A DNA stretch of 63,346 nucleotides, filler included, from Bigelowiella natans CCMP2755 (GCA_000320545.1; 3 parts of 3 records of this genome joined end to end with filler, not necessarily neighbours in it), one strand, 5' to 3'; numbered from the whole stretch's first letter, positions 1 through 14,533 are shown. Translations and numbers: made by a program. Notes: a model not told the origin generated them from the sequence alone.

Positions 1-22
1 ACACACACACACACACTCTCCC

Positions 23-232
23 TCAACTACCGACGAGGGCCCCTACCGTCGCTTTATGTTCGGTCTGAAAGAGCCTATGCGGATTTCGCTGGTGGCGTTT
101 GCGCGAGGACGAGCTATTGTGAGAGGCGTGCGACCTGGGGACCTGCGCGGATGGAATGGCAACGATGAGAGCAAGGAGGCAGTGGATTGTTGGAGGAAGT
201 AACTTTTCCTTTTGATCGATACATTCAAACCG

Positions 233-292
<60 letters not shown>

Positions 293-481
293 TAATATAA
301 ATAAGATATTTAAAAAAATGAACGCGCGCGCGCGCTGGCGTGTGTTTCTGGGTGTGAAAGGGATTATGTGGGCATCTGGTACCCTTACAAAATCGACCCC
401 TTGCTTAAGACTCTTATCCACTGGTTGAAGAGGAATGAGGGGGGGGGATATGGAGAAATGCAGAGAGAGACAGAGACAGAC

Positions 482-522
<41 letters not shown>

Positions 523-1017
523 GAGGAGAGAGAGAGAGAGGAGAGAGAGAGAAGAGAGCAGCGGTTCCAAGATGAATCGAATATCAGTGAGATCATCCAT
601 TGTCATGAGAGTAGCATGTTTGTGCAACAATGGGCGGCAAAGCAGAAATAGTTTTTGCGATTCCTCATCCCCCATCCTCTCGTTCGTTTTGCTGCCGAGA
701 GCCAACTTCCATCACAGGATGTTTATCAGCGGCTTTGAATCCAAAAGCCGCTAATGTACTCTCTCCGTGACTCGTAGAACCCTCTATCTCTATTAACGAG
801 ACTGCAACGACGATCCCACGCTAACCATCCAAACGCCTTTGTAACTACCTCGTAGTTTCTCTGCGATAGCTATGTTTTGCTCCCCAATCTCCGGCTCTAT
901 CTTGCACGCGACCCTCGACTCTGCGTGGCTTTCTAACTTGGCGATCCTGAGCCCCCAGCATGATTTATCATATGTATAAATATTTTTTTAAAATATATAT
1001 ATATATATATATATATA

Positions 1018-1057
<40 letters not shown>

Positions 1058-2355
1058 TAGATTTTTTTTTAATTAAAATCAGTTTATGTGTATAAGCGCG
1101 AAAGGGGTATATTTGCAGATGAGAAGTGTAGACTATGTGTGGACGGTTGTCGTCGTCATCGTTGTTGTTGTTGATGATGATGTTTTATGGTATTAGATGG
1201 TTACGATTCTTGCATCTTGTTGAGCCTCTCCGACATATTTCCCTAGTAAGAAGAGGCAGCGCAGCAGCAGGCAGTGAGTGAGTGGCAGCAGCAGCGCGAG
1301 TACAATCCGAAGCAAAACGGCATCGGCATCACTTCAATCTAACCCTATCTGCCCCCAGTGCAGGCAAAACAACAACAACAGCGACATCAACATTCATTTA
1401 AATCAAGAACAACAACACCTTTTTCTCATTGCCATGGCTGCCTTGCTTCGTGGCACTACTCGCACGCTCCTTATCATGCCTGCGCAGGTTCGCCTTCACC
1501 AGGCGAACGTTCCTCTGTGACCACAGGAGTGAGGCCTGCGGGGGTGGGAGGATATAGGGAGCAGAGTGTAAGAGGTGCGATAACAACCTGTCAATGACCT
1601 TCCCTCATATTTGCTGTCATCATCCTCTTCGCCACCATCTTAGTTTTCGTCGGCGGTGAGGCGGTGTATCACTACCTGGAGAGTTGCTAGTTGTCTCCCT
1701 ATGTGTCGTCCGTCGAATCCTGCGACCGCAAATCAGGGGAACGAGCGAAGGTGAGAAGCAACATTTGGGGGGGGGGGGGGGAGGGGGTGAAAAGAATCAT
1801 GGAATGATACAGCTGCCAACAGGGACTAGTTTTGGCGCAGATAACTCTCGTTCGCACCTCCCATAAGCGACTTCGACTTTTGGGAGTTTTTGCCATCGAC
1901 AATGTGTGCTTGCAACACGCGGACCTACGTAAGAATACATTCTCTCAATAAAGGATTAGCCAGTGACGCAATAAACTCGAAGCGGTGTGATCAGAAGTGC
2001 GAGAGGCTTACTTGTGTACTCAATTGATTTATCGCTCTGTTCGTTTTGTCGTTCTGCTCGCCTGACATTACGAATAAGTAGGCAGAGTAAAGATATTCAC
2101 ATCAGGCTCCCGAAATCTGTAGGCTAGTTGTAGGGAGGAAAGTGCGTGGGCGGACTTACTTAGCTTCTGGATCATCTGATTCTGTGCTGTCAGAATCTGC
2201 TGCTGCACAACATAGGGGTTGAATGGATGAGCGTATATGAGGGACTCTTTCTACCCTCTTCACCGTATCAACAAAGGCTATCGTTGCGAACAATATACCT
2301 GGAGAGATATCTGACGCTCCATCATCTCACGCCAATCCGAAGACGACGCCATCAT
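23..2355 (-). CDS. Multi-exon gene of unknown function, probably continuing past the window start
   Basis: Candidate first exon MMASSSDWREMMERQISLQ ends at a GTATAT donor (~2298). Further short GT-AG-bounded open segments (e.g. LRIAKLESHAESRVACKIEPEIGEQNIAIAEKLR ~850-950, VDKSLKQGVDFVR ~381-421) are separated by microsatellite-rich introns. No domain recognised. Confidence 0.35.
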
Positions 2356-3649
2356 CTTCTGTTGCTGTGACAAATCACACACCACGATTTCAGCTGTCAG
2401 CCCATAATGGCAGTCGCAGGAAACGTCATTTGAGAAACAAAAGCGCCGAGCGGTAACATACTGTACGATGCTTCCATTCCTGGGAATTTCCCCCTGATTA
2501 TCTCTCCCCCCTCCCCCCCCAAACCCTCCGCTGTCGGGCTGCATTACATGCATCGCCCTGCCAAGGCGTTTCAGATTCAGCTGCTCTAAGAACCACAACA
2601 TCTTTCAAAACCAATGCCTCATTTACTCTGCGACATTAAATTTCTCGGAGTGTGAAGCAAAAAATTGCCCAATTCTTCCATGCTGTACTGCCAAGGTCAG
2701 CCAAATTATTTGGTTGCGACAAAGGCAATCGGGACTGAACTTGGACATTTACGACCCGTTTTGCTTCAAATGATAGTACCGGAGTGTTTGCTGATGTTCA
2801 TTGAATTTTAGCCTAGTTTCACTATTTTCCTTCGTTTGGACTGGTCGCAGCGGGAAATCTTTTGTCATAATTTCCTATTCTAGGTTCAACGGTGGGGGTT
2901 TTCGAAGAACGACAGATTATATATGGAGGGGTATAACAAAATGGCGGTAGGGTAACCTCAATTGCTTTCCTCTCTTTGTTTCACACTCCTCCCCCTCTTC
3001 GAGTAGCATGCCGTCCTTCCAAGTGCTGCTTCTTCTTCTTCGCCTGGTAGCTTTCGCGGTGCATAGTGATCCAATTCCTCCCAGTGATCACAGCAAGCTT
3101 TACCTCAACCCCTGTGGGAAGACAACAGATTACCAAGGTAATTTTCTTTTCTCCTCTTCCATTTTCCCCATCTAATTTATGATGGGATGATTCATGCAAT
3201 GGTTTTGTCACTCATTTAAGGCTTCAAATTTAATACTCTTATACTGAAGGTAATTGGATTGTAAATGGGTCGCACATTCAATTAACACCCTTTCCAAAGT
3301 GCATGGACAATGGAGAACCATTCGGAGGGGAGGGGTAAGGAACTAAACAATACCTGTGTCACCTGCACCTGCGATCCACAAGTTGCTTGTACCCCCTTTA
3401 CAACCTCTCTATTTTCGATGGCATTCACAGAATACTGAGGCTTTGTACTACATGTTGCTGTTCCTCGCGCCCTTTGCTGCCCTGCATATCTGTTTTATTA
3501 CATACCAAATCCTCACCATCATCATTTTAAATTTCCTTCTCTCATCGGGTTATGTCTCCCCGTTCTAGCATCGATCGCGCATCACCATGATGACCGCCAT
3601 CACAATCAAATAGCAATGGTTACAAATTATCAAAATCATTATCATTAGA

Positions 3650-4967
3650 TCGCCGTTACAAGTCTACCAGTGCCACGCCTTGTCTGACCCCCAGGTCAAT
3701 CAGAAATGGAAGTTTACTAAGGAGGGACTCATCGTTGCACAGCAAGGTTTTACTACTTGAGGAGGCCATGCAATCTGCAGATTATCACTAGAGCTCGTCA
3801 CTAGTTCACGCCTCCCCCCTGATCCAAAAATAATTTTCCGTCAGATGGCAACAGATGTGCTGGAGCGGACTCTGATGGGTTCCTTCGCCTTCACTCGGCG
3901 TGCGACCAGAAGTTCTCTCTCAAAGCAGGAAATCTCGTCCACGCTGCAACAGGTGATGACTTTCCTTCATCCCATTCTCGTCCATTTTTTCACAAAGATG
4001 CTTACAGCTCATTACATTCATAGTCATGTTAGGACGACAATATACTTTACATTAATATTTATATCTGATTTTTACACACATCAGGCAAGTGCGTGACAGT
4101 GATGAACCCTGGCCCGGTGGTCGAGCTGCCACAACTCAACATCATCAAGGGCGGCATCTACTCACAGGGCGGGTCATCCGGCGGTGACATGGCCATTCAG
4201 TTTCACATCGCCTTCAGCAAGCACGTCACGGGAGTCTGCGGCAACGACGCACAGCCATACCATTGCGCCGTGACGCGGTTCCCAGGCGACTATCTACTAC
4301 CGCAGACGGAAGAATCGTCGGTGCCTCACTGCTATGGCTGCCCGGACGGGATGACTGTGCTGTACGATAAGTGCAAAAACCACCCCCAGAACGTCGACGT
4401 AGGAATGCTCCCTGACTATCCGCGAAGGGTGTGCGGAGATGGCGGGAAGCCGGGCTGCATCGACGACGCCGCCAACATCTACGACGACTACGTCTATCTC
4501 TCGCGCGGGGAGTGCCGCACCTACATCGGGGGCGCGGAGGTCAACACGCTCGCAATGTACGGTATGATGACGACGGACCCCGAGACGCAGCTCAAGTACA
4601 TCGACAAGTGCGCGACGGAGGAGGACGTGGACGACGATAAGGAGTGCATCACCCACGTGATGGGGCCCAAGGTCAAGGTGAACCCCCCTGCAGCAACTGC
4701 CAGCAGTCGTGTGAAGTACTTCAACATGATGCCCTTCATCACCGATTACAACATCGGGTTCGAGTCCACGGCCTTTGCGTACATCCCGGACGCTTGCTAC
4801 AACACCACCACCGCGTGCCGCGCGCTCGTGAAATTCCACGGGTGCGGCGGCAACGATGGCGTCGACCAGGAATCTCCGATCCACCGGTGGGCAGAGACTA
4901 ACAACCTCGTCGTGCTATACCCACGCATCAAGAAGAACAGCAACGTCACCCGCACCTACCCGAATAG

Positions 4968-5001
<34 letters not shown>

Positions 5002-5407
5002 GAACGCATGGCTACAAGAATCGTCGTCGCCGTCGTCGTCGTCATCGTTTTTGATGTCCTCGTCGGATAGTAGTAGTGTTATAATGGTCGCATGTCTCGA
5101 TGAATGGTGAACGTAGAACCCTCGTCGTCGTCGTCGTCGTCGTCCCTCTATTCTCCTCGCACTCCTCTTCCCCTCTTCCGATCAAGAGGGTCATCAAGAC
5201 ACAATCGCATGCTCCCCCTCCTCATAATCCACAACAATACAATAACCCCGCTCCCTTTGCACCTACAGCTATGAAATCTCACGTGGATGCTGGGACGGAT
5301 ATGGGCAGCTTTCGGAATCGTATGCGCTTCAGAATGGAGAGCATATGGCCACTGTGTGGCGCATGGTGGCACGCCTCGCCGGCCTCGAAGACGCCTACAA
5401 GCAATAG
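3650..5407 (+). CDS. Ricin-B-like lectin domain fused to a PHB/PHA depolymerase-like serine esterase (multi-exon; further 5' exons likely from ~2640)
   Basis: Nucleophile elbow GGSSGGDMAIQFH, C-x-x-LVKFHGC and WAETNNLVVLYP in ORF 4093-4971. Intron 4968-5268 (GT..CAG) leads to a last exon with GCWDGYG ending TAG at 5405-5407. Upstream exons VYQC..NQKW and ATGKCV carry QxW/GxC ricin-B-type motifs. Confidence 0.75.
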
Positions 5408-6899
5408 GGAATAGTTCATTTATCAATGTGCCCAGTTTTAACAATGTGACCTACCGCTATAAGAAGAACAGCCCTCTCTTCGGGGTTGCTTCGTAACCTC
5501 ATGGCCCTGCTGGAAAAGCGAGATTCATAACGTATCCATGTACATGCGATGCTAACGTACATGCGATGCTACCGTAATGCGTAGCGTACACTGCCATAAA
5601 TGTACTGCTCACGCTCCAACATTGCTGCGCATTCACACTGTGTGACATGTCAAAATATACATACATCGATACCAGTGGCACATGAACGCACACAACAAAC
5701 ATGTCTGTACTATAGCCAGCGTATGCATCTATGTGCTACATCGAGTACATGTGAGACGGATATAATGAAATGTTTAAATTGTTCGAGTACATGTGATTAA
5801 ACATGTATTGCGCTATGCAGCGCGACTTGATCTAGTAACACATCTATATCTAGCTAGCTAGCTAGCTAGCTAGATGAACATTCTCATGCACAAAATGCGC
5901 TATACGATACGCGTACGCTGTGAAAATGGCACACTTCGGCCACATGCATATGTATCGCATAATCATGCATGCTAGCCTGCTGCATGCACGCTAGCACTTG
6001 TTGTGTAGGCTTCTAGCAGAAACGATGTGCAATGCAAGTATAGACAAGACGGATGCATTCTATGAGCTGATGTGCATGATTGAATCTTTTCAATAGTCAT
6101 CCTAATACATGTAGCTGCATGTTATAATGTGCAAAGTTGTTTAGATGAGATAGCGCCATCATACTGACACGGTCATGCGCTGCAATAAGGTGCAATCGAA
6201 TGTGTCTGTACGATACAACCATTTCATTTTGCGGCAGTGCAGGAATGCGGTAATCTAGATCTAGAGATGGACAGCGTGCTTTCATTGGCAACAGCAAGCC
6301 AGATTATTAAGTCATCGAGCTCGTCAAGTTTAGTGCGTGTGTTCGATCCACGCTAGCACGGCGATCGCTAGATCGAGCTAGCGCGCAGAGTAGCACCAGA
6401 ACTATTAGCATTGCAATGTGGTCTTTTACTTATTATTGCATGCGCATCACGCATGAGTCTTTAATCATAAGATATGCACACGCCATGCATTTATGAACCG
6501 ATGCTATGAAGATGATCAATTATGCACAACGTCGAAGCAATGAGCACTCTTACGCATATTCCGGTTCTAATACGCCTTCATCTGTAAACGTGAAATACGG
6601 CGACAACTCCTCGAGAATCTCTACAGCCTTTATTTTATTAAGACAGCAAAAAATCGTTCCGTCAAGTTGCCACAATCATACCGCCAACATCACTATATAT
6701 GCTGCAAATAGATGAAACACCTGTTTTCGAGAGACCTCTCTCCTTGCATGCTGCAGCAAAATGCGCTGAGAATATAAGAAAGAATGTATTATTCTCCCAC
6801 ACCCCAGTAAAATCAATGTCAACCCAAGTTTTCTACCAGGATCTCCGAAAATATATATCTTGGTCCTGATTGCCTGCGAACGCACATTAAGGGCCTAAC

Positions 6900-7518
6900 T
6901 CAGCGAGCGTAGCGGTGATATGGTAACTATGAGACTGTTACCGTGCGAGAGGCCTCAGGGTGATTTCCACGAGGAATCGTCTAAATTCGGCCCTTGATGA
7001 GATTCCATCCTCGTTAGTGTCCACGAGGACAAACTTATGACCGAACCAGCACAATAATACAAAAGATAGCGGATTTCAGGTCTGGGATGCGAGCAGGATT
7101 AGGAAGAAGAAGCGGCAATCCTCACATTTTCCGCCTGTTGATCGAAGGGAAAGCAGGCCAGTTCGGCGTTCTGAATCGCGCCTGAGGGAAAAGTCAGGGA
7201 CGCCATGCTAATCAGAGCGCCTTCTAATAGCTCCAGTGTTCATTTGCAAGCCAGGACGGAAGGCTAAGTGGGGGAAAGAGAGGACAGGCGCACATACCAT
7301 CTTCATTGATGTCGCACTCCATGTATAGCTGGTCCATCAAGCTTAGCTCGATGGGAGAGGGCCTGAGGGTTGTTATTATTGGGTTGTTGAAAGGGGAAGG
7401 GAGCGGGGGTGTTAGCAGGCAAGAGCAATAATTCATCATGGCTTTGTAGGACTTTAGGTTCGAAGAAGAGTTGAAGACACAGATCATTATGAGAGCTAGG
7501 ACGACCACTCCCTACAAA

Positions 7519-7560
<42 letters not shown>

Positions 7561-7700
7561 ACGCAATCATCGACAGCAACCGACGAGTGGGCAGCACGCA
7601 AATAGATGGACGGACGCACCTTTTCCAGAGATGTTGCAAAGTAGCTTTGATAGTAATACGGGTTCTCTATCTTACAGACTTTCCGTTGCCCTGAATAAGC
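6900..7700 (-). CDS. Multi-exon protein with EF-hand-like loops and a hydrophobic segment
   Basis: Exonic segments MECDINEDG|GTATGT (~7298-7325) and VDTNEDGISSRAEF (~6985-7025); hydrophobic VVVLALIMICVF. Ends uncertain. Confidence 0.4.
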
Positions 7701-8044
7701 AGACAACATGTACATTCACGAGGCGTGGGAGGCAGAGGGTGTGAGAACGACAAGCCCCACCTGGTCGCCAGCAATTTGGATAGATGAAGCGATCGACGGA
7801 TCCTTCCCCTCCCCCCACGCCGAGAGCCCCCCGGAGGAAGTTAATCATCTTCTTCGTTCTTCACTGCGGCACGGCCGGTGGCGGGAAAGGGAGAGAGAGA
7901 GAGAGAAAGTGTTGTAATGATGTTGTACCAGGAACTTACTGATCGTTCTTTACCCGAGGGGATTCTATAGAATACGCCTTTGGTTTCCTCGCTGCGACAA
8001 GGATTTATTTTTGTCGTAGAACAAAATATCCAAATGTTCTCGCG

Positions 8045-9367
8045 ATGGACATTTCACGAATTCGAATTCACCTAGACGAGGAGTGCAGCCTTCCGGGCGT
8101 CAGCAGCTTCCAGGGAGAGGCGGCCCTTCTTGCGCGCAAGGGCTCTCTGTCGAGGCGGCAGAGTGATGAGACCATAAGGAAGGGGCTGAAGCGAGGCGGC
8201 AACAGCGGTGCGGCTGCTTCCAATTCTGCAGAAAAGGAGCGATCCCGACGGCGACTGCAGAGTAGCTGCTGCTCTTTCGAGGGTAGTAGGAACAGGTCCA
8301 TGGTGGCCCCTCAACTACGGTCCATACCGCGGCAGAAACAGCCACCAACGCAGACACAGGTACATCCGCAGAAGCCAGATTGCCTCCTCGTCGCCGCGTT
8401 AATGGCTGCTTCGTGCTTTGTTACCATCACCCTCTGCCGACCCAACTGCGCCAACCGCGCCTCTACTGGAGAAAATCCCAAAGCACCTGTCCGATGGCCT
8501 TCGCTCCTGGGATCTGGCGAGTTACCGGTCTGGGAGAAGGTTGACTCTGGCACGTTAGCGCTCGTCAGGCAATATCGACGCCTAGAGGACGACAGGGAGC
8601 ACGCGCTGAAGAACCGTGATATGCTCCGTGCTTCTCAACTTGAGAGGAAGGCAGCTGCGCTCCGGGCGAAGCTGCCCACTTCCCTGACCCAGAAACATGA
8701 CTCTCAGCAACCTGGCGGCAAACGTCGTAGCCTTGTTGAGATCGCCGAGGAGGCAGGGAAAGATGGGTTCCAGAGGAGGGACGAGGATGTAGATGCGCTG
8801 CTGGGACGTCGCCGCGAATTGTACCGGCCTCGCATCGCGACACTACCTCCTTCCGTTTCGACATCGGATGATTGTGAGACTGGAAACGGGCCGGGAGAGG
8901 GAGGGGCGTCAGAAGGTGAGGTGGGGCAGCTTCTCGGCCAAATTCTGCATGTTAACGCAAACACGGCGGTGCTGAAAAGGGAGGCGCTGGAACGGTTCTT
9001 TTCGAGACTCAACGCCACATGGCACCTCGAGGTAGGGTAGGGTAGAGGTGGGAAAGAAGAGTAGCTGTCAAGAATACTTTCGGAATCATGCACATATGTT
9101 CGATAAGAATCCCTCTTCCAATCGTGCGAAATGTAGGATCCGGGCGAGTGGGCAGAAAGGGTCTGCACAGCGATGGGAGACGGTAATCACACCACACACT
9201 GCTAAATAAAAAATTGAGGACCACGCTATGAGGAGGAGATCTGATTATAAATAATCTCTAACTCTCTTGTCGTGTTTTGAGAAGGAGCTACACTGGCTGT
9301 AGAGGATCTCTCGATGGTCTTACATTCACAAATGGTATCCAATGCATACGTGGCGCGCGCGCGTGTG

Positions 9368-9414
<47 letters not shown>

Positions 9415-9865
9415 GAGAGAGAGATAGAGAGGGAGAGGGAGAGAGAGAGACATACGCCTTATAACTCTATAATTTACTAAGAAATCATAAGCATAAGCCC
9501 GTTTTCACTTTTCCCTTCGACCAAAGAGTAAGATGACGAAGAGGGCCATCGCCCGCGGGAGACTTGCTGATTCAATATTGTTGCGGTAGGGATCCGACAA
9601 CCAGTTACTTCCTGCACTACGACGGCTGGCCCAGGAGGAGAAGATTGCTGCTGCTCTTTTACAGGAGAAAGATGCGCGCAAAAGCAACGATACCAATGAT
9701 GACAATGACGTCTCCACCGCTAAGACGAATAGAAAGACGGTATAGGCTATTTGCGACTCCCATGTTGGTTGCCTCCGTCTTTGTCCCTTCCTCTCCTCAC
9801 CCCCCCCACCCCCCCTGTTCTATCCTTTGAGGTGGTCTACTTTTTGCAGTGGGCGCTTCCTGATG

Positions 9866-9904
<39 letters not shown>

Positions 9905-10880
9905 TTGCTAGGCTCTGAAGCCCTGGGTGAACGCAGAGACGCATAAGATCGATTCCGATGTCCTTAATTTGGAGGTGACGTAGCGCTGAGATCTATGCAT
10001 CATCTTCCTTGAGTTTTGGTAGTGGTGGGGGTGGGGGACTGGCAGACAGCTTCTATCACCTCCTGATGATGACCAAACGATAGGAAAAGATTTATCACTG
10101 ATGTGTACGATGGACAGATCAAGAGTCAGGCTGACGCCAGGGGGAAGCAGGCATTGCCTCTTGGATGGAAATCTGTAGTCTACTTTTGCTAGCCATAATC
10201 GAGACTCGCACTAACACACACACACACAACACACACTCACGCTAGAGGCACCTCATATTTCATGTAATTTCTCGCAAATAACAACCATTCAGGCGTTCGA
10301 TTCGCGCTACCGCCGACAGTACTACTACAATCCCTACACCGGGGAGCGCACGTGGAAACGGCCGAAATTCGATCACGAACGTGAAGGCAATAAGGAGGAA
10401 AACCAAAGCAAAAAGAGGACGGGAAGGGGTCGTGATGATATCAGGGTGGAGGGCAAGAAGGACGAAGAAGCGCACACGGATCTGGAGGGGGCGGGAGAAA
10501 GCCTCCCGCAGAAAGTCCAAACCAATAAAGATGGTGCTGTGAAGAAGTGCAGGAGCACTAACAACAGCGAAAGCGATACCAAAACTACCACGATCACTCC
10601 CGATGGATCGCGATGCCTGGAGGACGGAACGGACCTCGCCGATGACACCAGCAATTCATTTCAAGAGAAGGAGCGCCCTCGACGAGAAAGAGCAGCATCT
10701 GCTCCGGTAGCTAGCAGTCACAAATCATCAACACCGAGAGCAGTTGCACAAGCACAGCCTCCATTCGCATTGCCACCCGGATGGCGTTGCGCACTGGATA
10801 CGAGACGAAATCGGACCTATTATTACCACCGAGCCAGCGGGAATCGCACTTGGGTCAGGCCTGTGCTGTTGCACGTCTAG
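8045..10880 (+). CDS. Multi-exon protein with two C-terminal WW domains
   Basis: LPPGWRCALDTRRNRTYYYHRASGNRTWVRP at ~10770-10862. A second WW is split by an intron: LPLGWKS (~10154) / AFDSRYRRQYYYNPYTGERTWKRP (~10293-10365). First exon(s) within ORF 8045-9040. Confidence 0.65.
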
Positions 10881-11785
10881 GAGGTTCGTGTACCTTCGAT
10901 TTTGCCCCTAGGGCTCGAGGGCCTCGGAAATCGTGTGTCAACTGTTTCACACTTGCGATCTTCATCGGCTTGTTTGCCTCAGCCTGCATCATATCGCATG
11001 ACGACCGCGCATTGCGATGCGTGCATCATGTCTCAGTCTTGTGTCCGATGCTTAAGACGATTGCTAGATTGGATGATCCATGTTGACCACTTGACTCGCG
11101 CGTAGTGGCCATGCGCATGTAATGCTAGCCACGCCATCCGCACCACACAACTTTTCACTCTGCATCGCATGCATGCACACATCGTGAACATGGCGCCGGA
11201 ATGAGCATGCGATCCGCATAACGGTGTCTGCAACGTTCGCGATAAGTCAAGTTGCATTCAGCAAGGCAGGCACAACCTGACTACAAACACACGACGACAA
11301 CGCAACTCCATTAGACATTCTGGCCAAGCTGAGCGTCCTGATCTCATTTTCAATTGTTGCGGTCTCCAACTGACGGGAGGAGACCCACGCACGCACACGC
11401 AGATCGATGACGATGATGATTTTTTGCGTGAAGGCGCAGGTCATGGAGGATGGCCCGACGGATGAACCGATGACCAAGCCGACCAGCATAGTTCAGCTTT
11501 CACTTTCATTGTGACCAATTTTCCTTCATTTCAAACGTTTTCTTTTCAATTTAAGGAGTTCAAATTCTTTTTTGTCACAATTTCACTTTGCCAGATCTGT
11601 TCGTTTTGTTGCGGCCGCGGAAGCCGTGGTGCTCATGACCTGTGAGTGCAGAAGGGTTGGGGGTGTGCGCACAAGCAAGTGGCACAGCATGTAGATGGAA
11701 GGCAGGGAAGGATGGTGATTTGAGTCCTGTATTCAACTTCAACGTTGGTCGTGCACACAGCAGGATTTCTTCCTCTACGGGTAAA

Positions 11786-13633
11786 CTAAACTATGTCCAG
11801 CGACCAACAATCAACATCTTGGAACCCGACGTATGAGTAATATTGCAAAAAAATCAAGAAAAGGAGCGCGACATAATAGCTAATATCCGCGCCAGGGTTG
11901 TAGTGGTGTGCCTCCTCGTTTTGCTTGGAACCTGGGATATAGTTAAGATGTTTTGAAAAGGCTGCCTCTCCTCAGTAGACAAAGGAAGGAGAGAATAGAA
12001 GTAAGATGGAAAAAACAGATTACTGTATCGTGCTTGGCTCAAGGCGCTGAGAAACGTCACCAGCAAGAGGATCAGAGAGCCGACAATGGTGAGGAAAACA
12101 CCGAGGTAGGCGAGGTTCCCAAGGCGCGAAACTAGAGCATGCGCCTATATGATTAGAATAGTGAGAATCCCTGCGCAACTGTTTTGGTAAATAGCATCGA
12201 TGCTTAGTTCTATCATCAGACGCACCCGTTCCCTTGTCATTGCTTTACTACGAGACCTGCGATTAGTTCATTGCTACGTAAATGCGTTTCGAAATTAAAC
12301 ACACTCCACACATCTTTAATTAGAAGAATCCTATTTTCTTTGTGGGAAGATGCAGATCGAAATTTCAGCTTCCAATGAATTTGTACATGTGCTCGGGCTA
12401 AATTGTATCTAAGTTTCAACGCATTATAATTCCTCCCTTGGAATGAGGGAGTGGAAAACGAGCCCTCAAAGGCACAAATAGTGCTAGGTATGACCTTGAC
12501 CTACTCCTAGCTCTCTTAACCGAATGCAACATTGATCTTCTCGACCCTTTCCTAATTCCTTCCGATGCAGCGCTACTCTTCGATTCTCTTACGACTTTCA
12601 ATTCAGTCTCCATTGCTTCACCATTTTTCATGACTGCAAAATCCACAGACACATCAGAAGCGTAATACCTGTGCGTTGGCTTTTTCGTCCCCATAGTGGT
12701 AGGAGCTCGAGTGCCAGAAGTCGCGTTGGTAGGATCTGCAACGATGTCAGTGGAACTCGACGGTGACTTGGGAGTCATCGGCGTCGGCGAGGATGGGTGC
12801 TCATCCTGCTGCAAGATGCTCGCGGTACTAACGTCTTTCGAAATTGTTCCCTTTGAAACAACCAAATCTTTCACGCTAGACCTAGCATGGCGATGGCCTC
12901 TACCGGATATTATCTGAGGATCTTTTAACCGCATGTAGTCACTACTGGTGATAGTTGCATCCTGCTTTTCGTATTTTATTTCGTTTTCCCCATGATTGTT
13001 GTTCCCTTCATCGAAAAAGTTTGAAAACACCCTCTTAATCGATATTCTCAGCACGGACCAGTTATACGTCAGAGCTGCGCCGCCAAAGAGAACACAGGTA
13101 AGAAGGGCAAGAAATCGCATGCAATCGATGGACTGGCGATCGATACACAAGATTATAACCATCGCCGACGTATTCATAACGACAGCAATCCCTGCGGATG
13201 AGTAAAAATACATATTGAGATTTGTCGGGATTCTTTTCATCAGTCGCGCCGTCATGTAATTCACGCGAATTGTGTTAAAGACTACGTAGAGTCCGCAAAT
13301 TGCGATGATATTTAGCGTCATTGTATTCAATACTATGAAGGCCTGCCAGCCCGCGTAGAATGGAGCGTTTGCCCCAAGCATATTAAAGAAGTACAGCGGC
13401 AGTGCAGCCATGAGCCCCCAATGTATGATACGGTTGCTTGGAACCTCTCTCCCGGGGATCTGCAGCTGCAGGAAGTTGAATATAATCTGCCCGATAAGAA
13501 TTATGCACTTGATCGAGTCAGATATCGTCCACAAGGGGTCGGTTCCTTTTATGTTTGGATGCGTCAGTGGGATGCATGCATATCTGTTTCATATACTCTT
13601 CCCATCGTTGAACGCACATACACGCATTTTTAA

Positions 13634-13672
<39 letters not shown>

Positions 13673-13891
13673 AACATAAAATTGTCCGTATGCGCAAACC
13701 ACAGCTACCCATGATGACGCCTTCGATATCGCTTCGAAAAGCTGAGGAGGAACGCAAACAGATCTGGAGCAACCCGTGTCAGAATCTCCAACCGCTGGAA
13801 CCACGATGTCCGAAATATTGTCGACAAGCGCGTAGTCAATCTGCGACAAGCAGGAAAACCATGTCGCCAACGACAAAAGCAACGTCAACAT
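11786..13891 (-). CDS. Multi-pass (7TM/GPCR-like topology) membrane protein with a long cytoplasmic loop
   Basis: Signal-like MLTLLLSLATWFSCLSQ; several hydrophobic helices in ORF 12416-13534 followed by a long polar loop. Final exons LGVFLTIVGSLILLLVTFL and YNPGADISYYVALLFLIFLQYYSY end TAG at 11786. Confidence 0.65.
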
Positions 13892-14533
13892 TACCGGTAT
13901 GGCTGCTCGCACGAGTAATGTACGGGCTAAACCGCAGCAAAATCGTGGCCACTATTAACAGAATGTTCATTTTTATTTTTTGGGTAATTTCACCTTGATT
14001 TTCATGCCGTGTCTTTCAAGCTGGAGCTCTATTTTCCCCTCGTCCTCCTCCTCCGATGAAATATCATCTGGCTGTGCCTCATCACAGGGCATTTGGCAAG
14101 GACGACAACCAATGAAAGGCAGAAAACCTAAGATATACGCCCGGACGTGTCCGGTCATCCGTGTTCGTGCTTGTTGCACCAAAAATTTGTTGATCGCGCG
14201 AAGAGCCGTGTGACCCATGGCAGCCTCTCAGGCTTGGCTTGTATCCGGTACACAGATGTACATTGATGCGCAGCATCATGTCTGTTGTTCTGGCATGCAT
14301 TCTCGTCTCGTTTGATTTAATTGACCGAGACCGATACTATCGATTTAATTCGAGCTTTCTCTAACGCATGCTTGCCTTTTTTCATTAGCGATCGATGCTA
14401 TGATGGTCGTAATTCAGTGATACAATACTTTGATTTTTTAAATAAAAGATACAATCAAGATTGGCATTGTGAGCTTGCAAATCTTATCGACGCTACTCGC
14501 AATACAATACAAAGATCCGAAGAATGTTCATCA

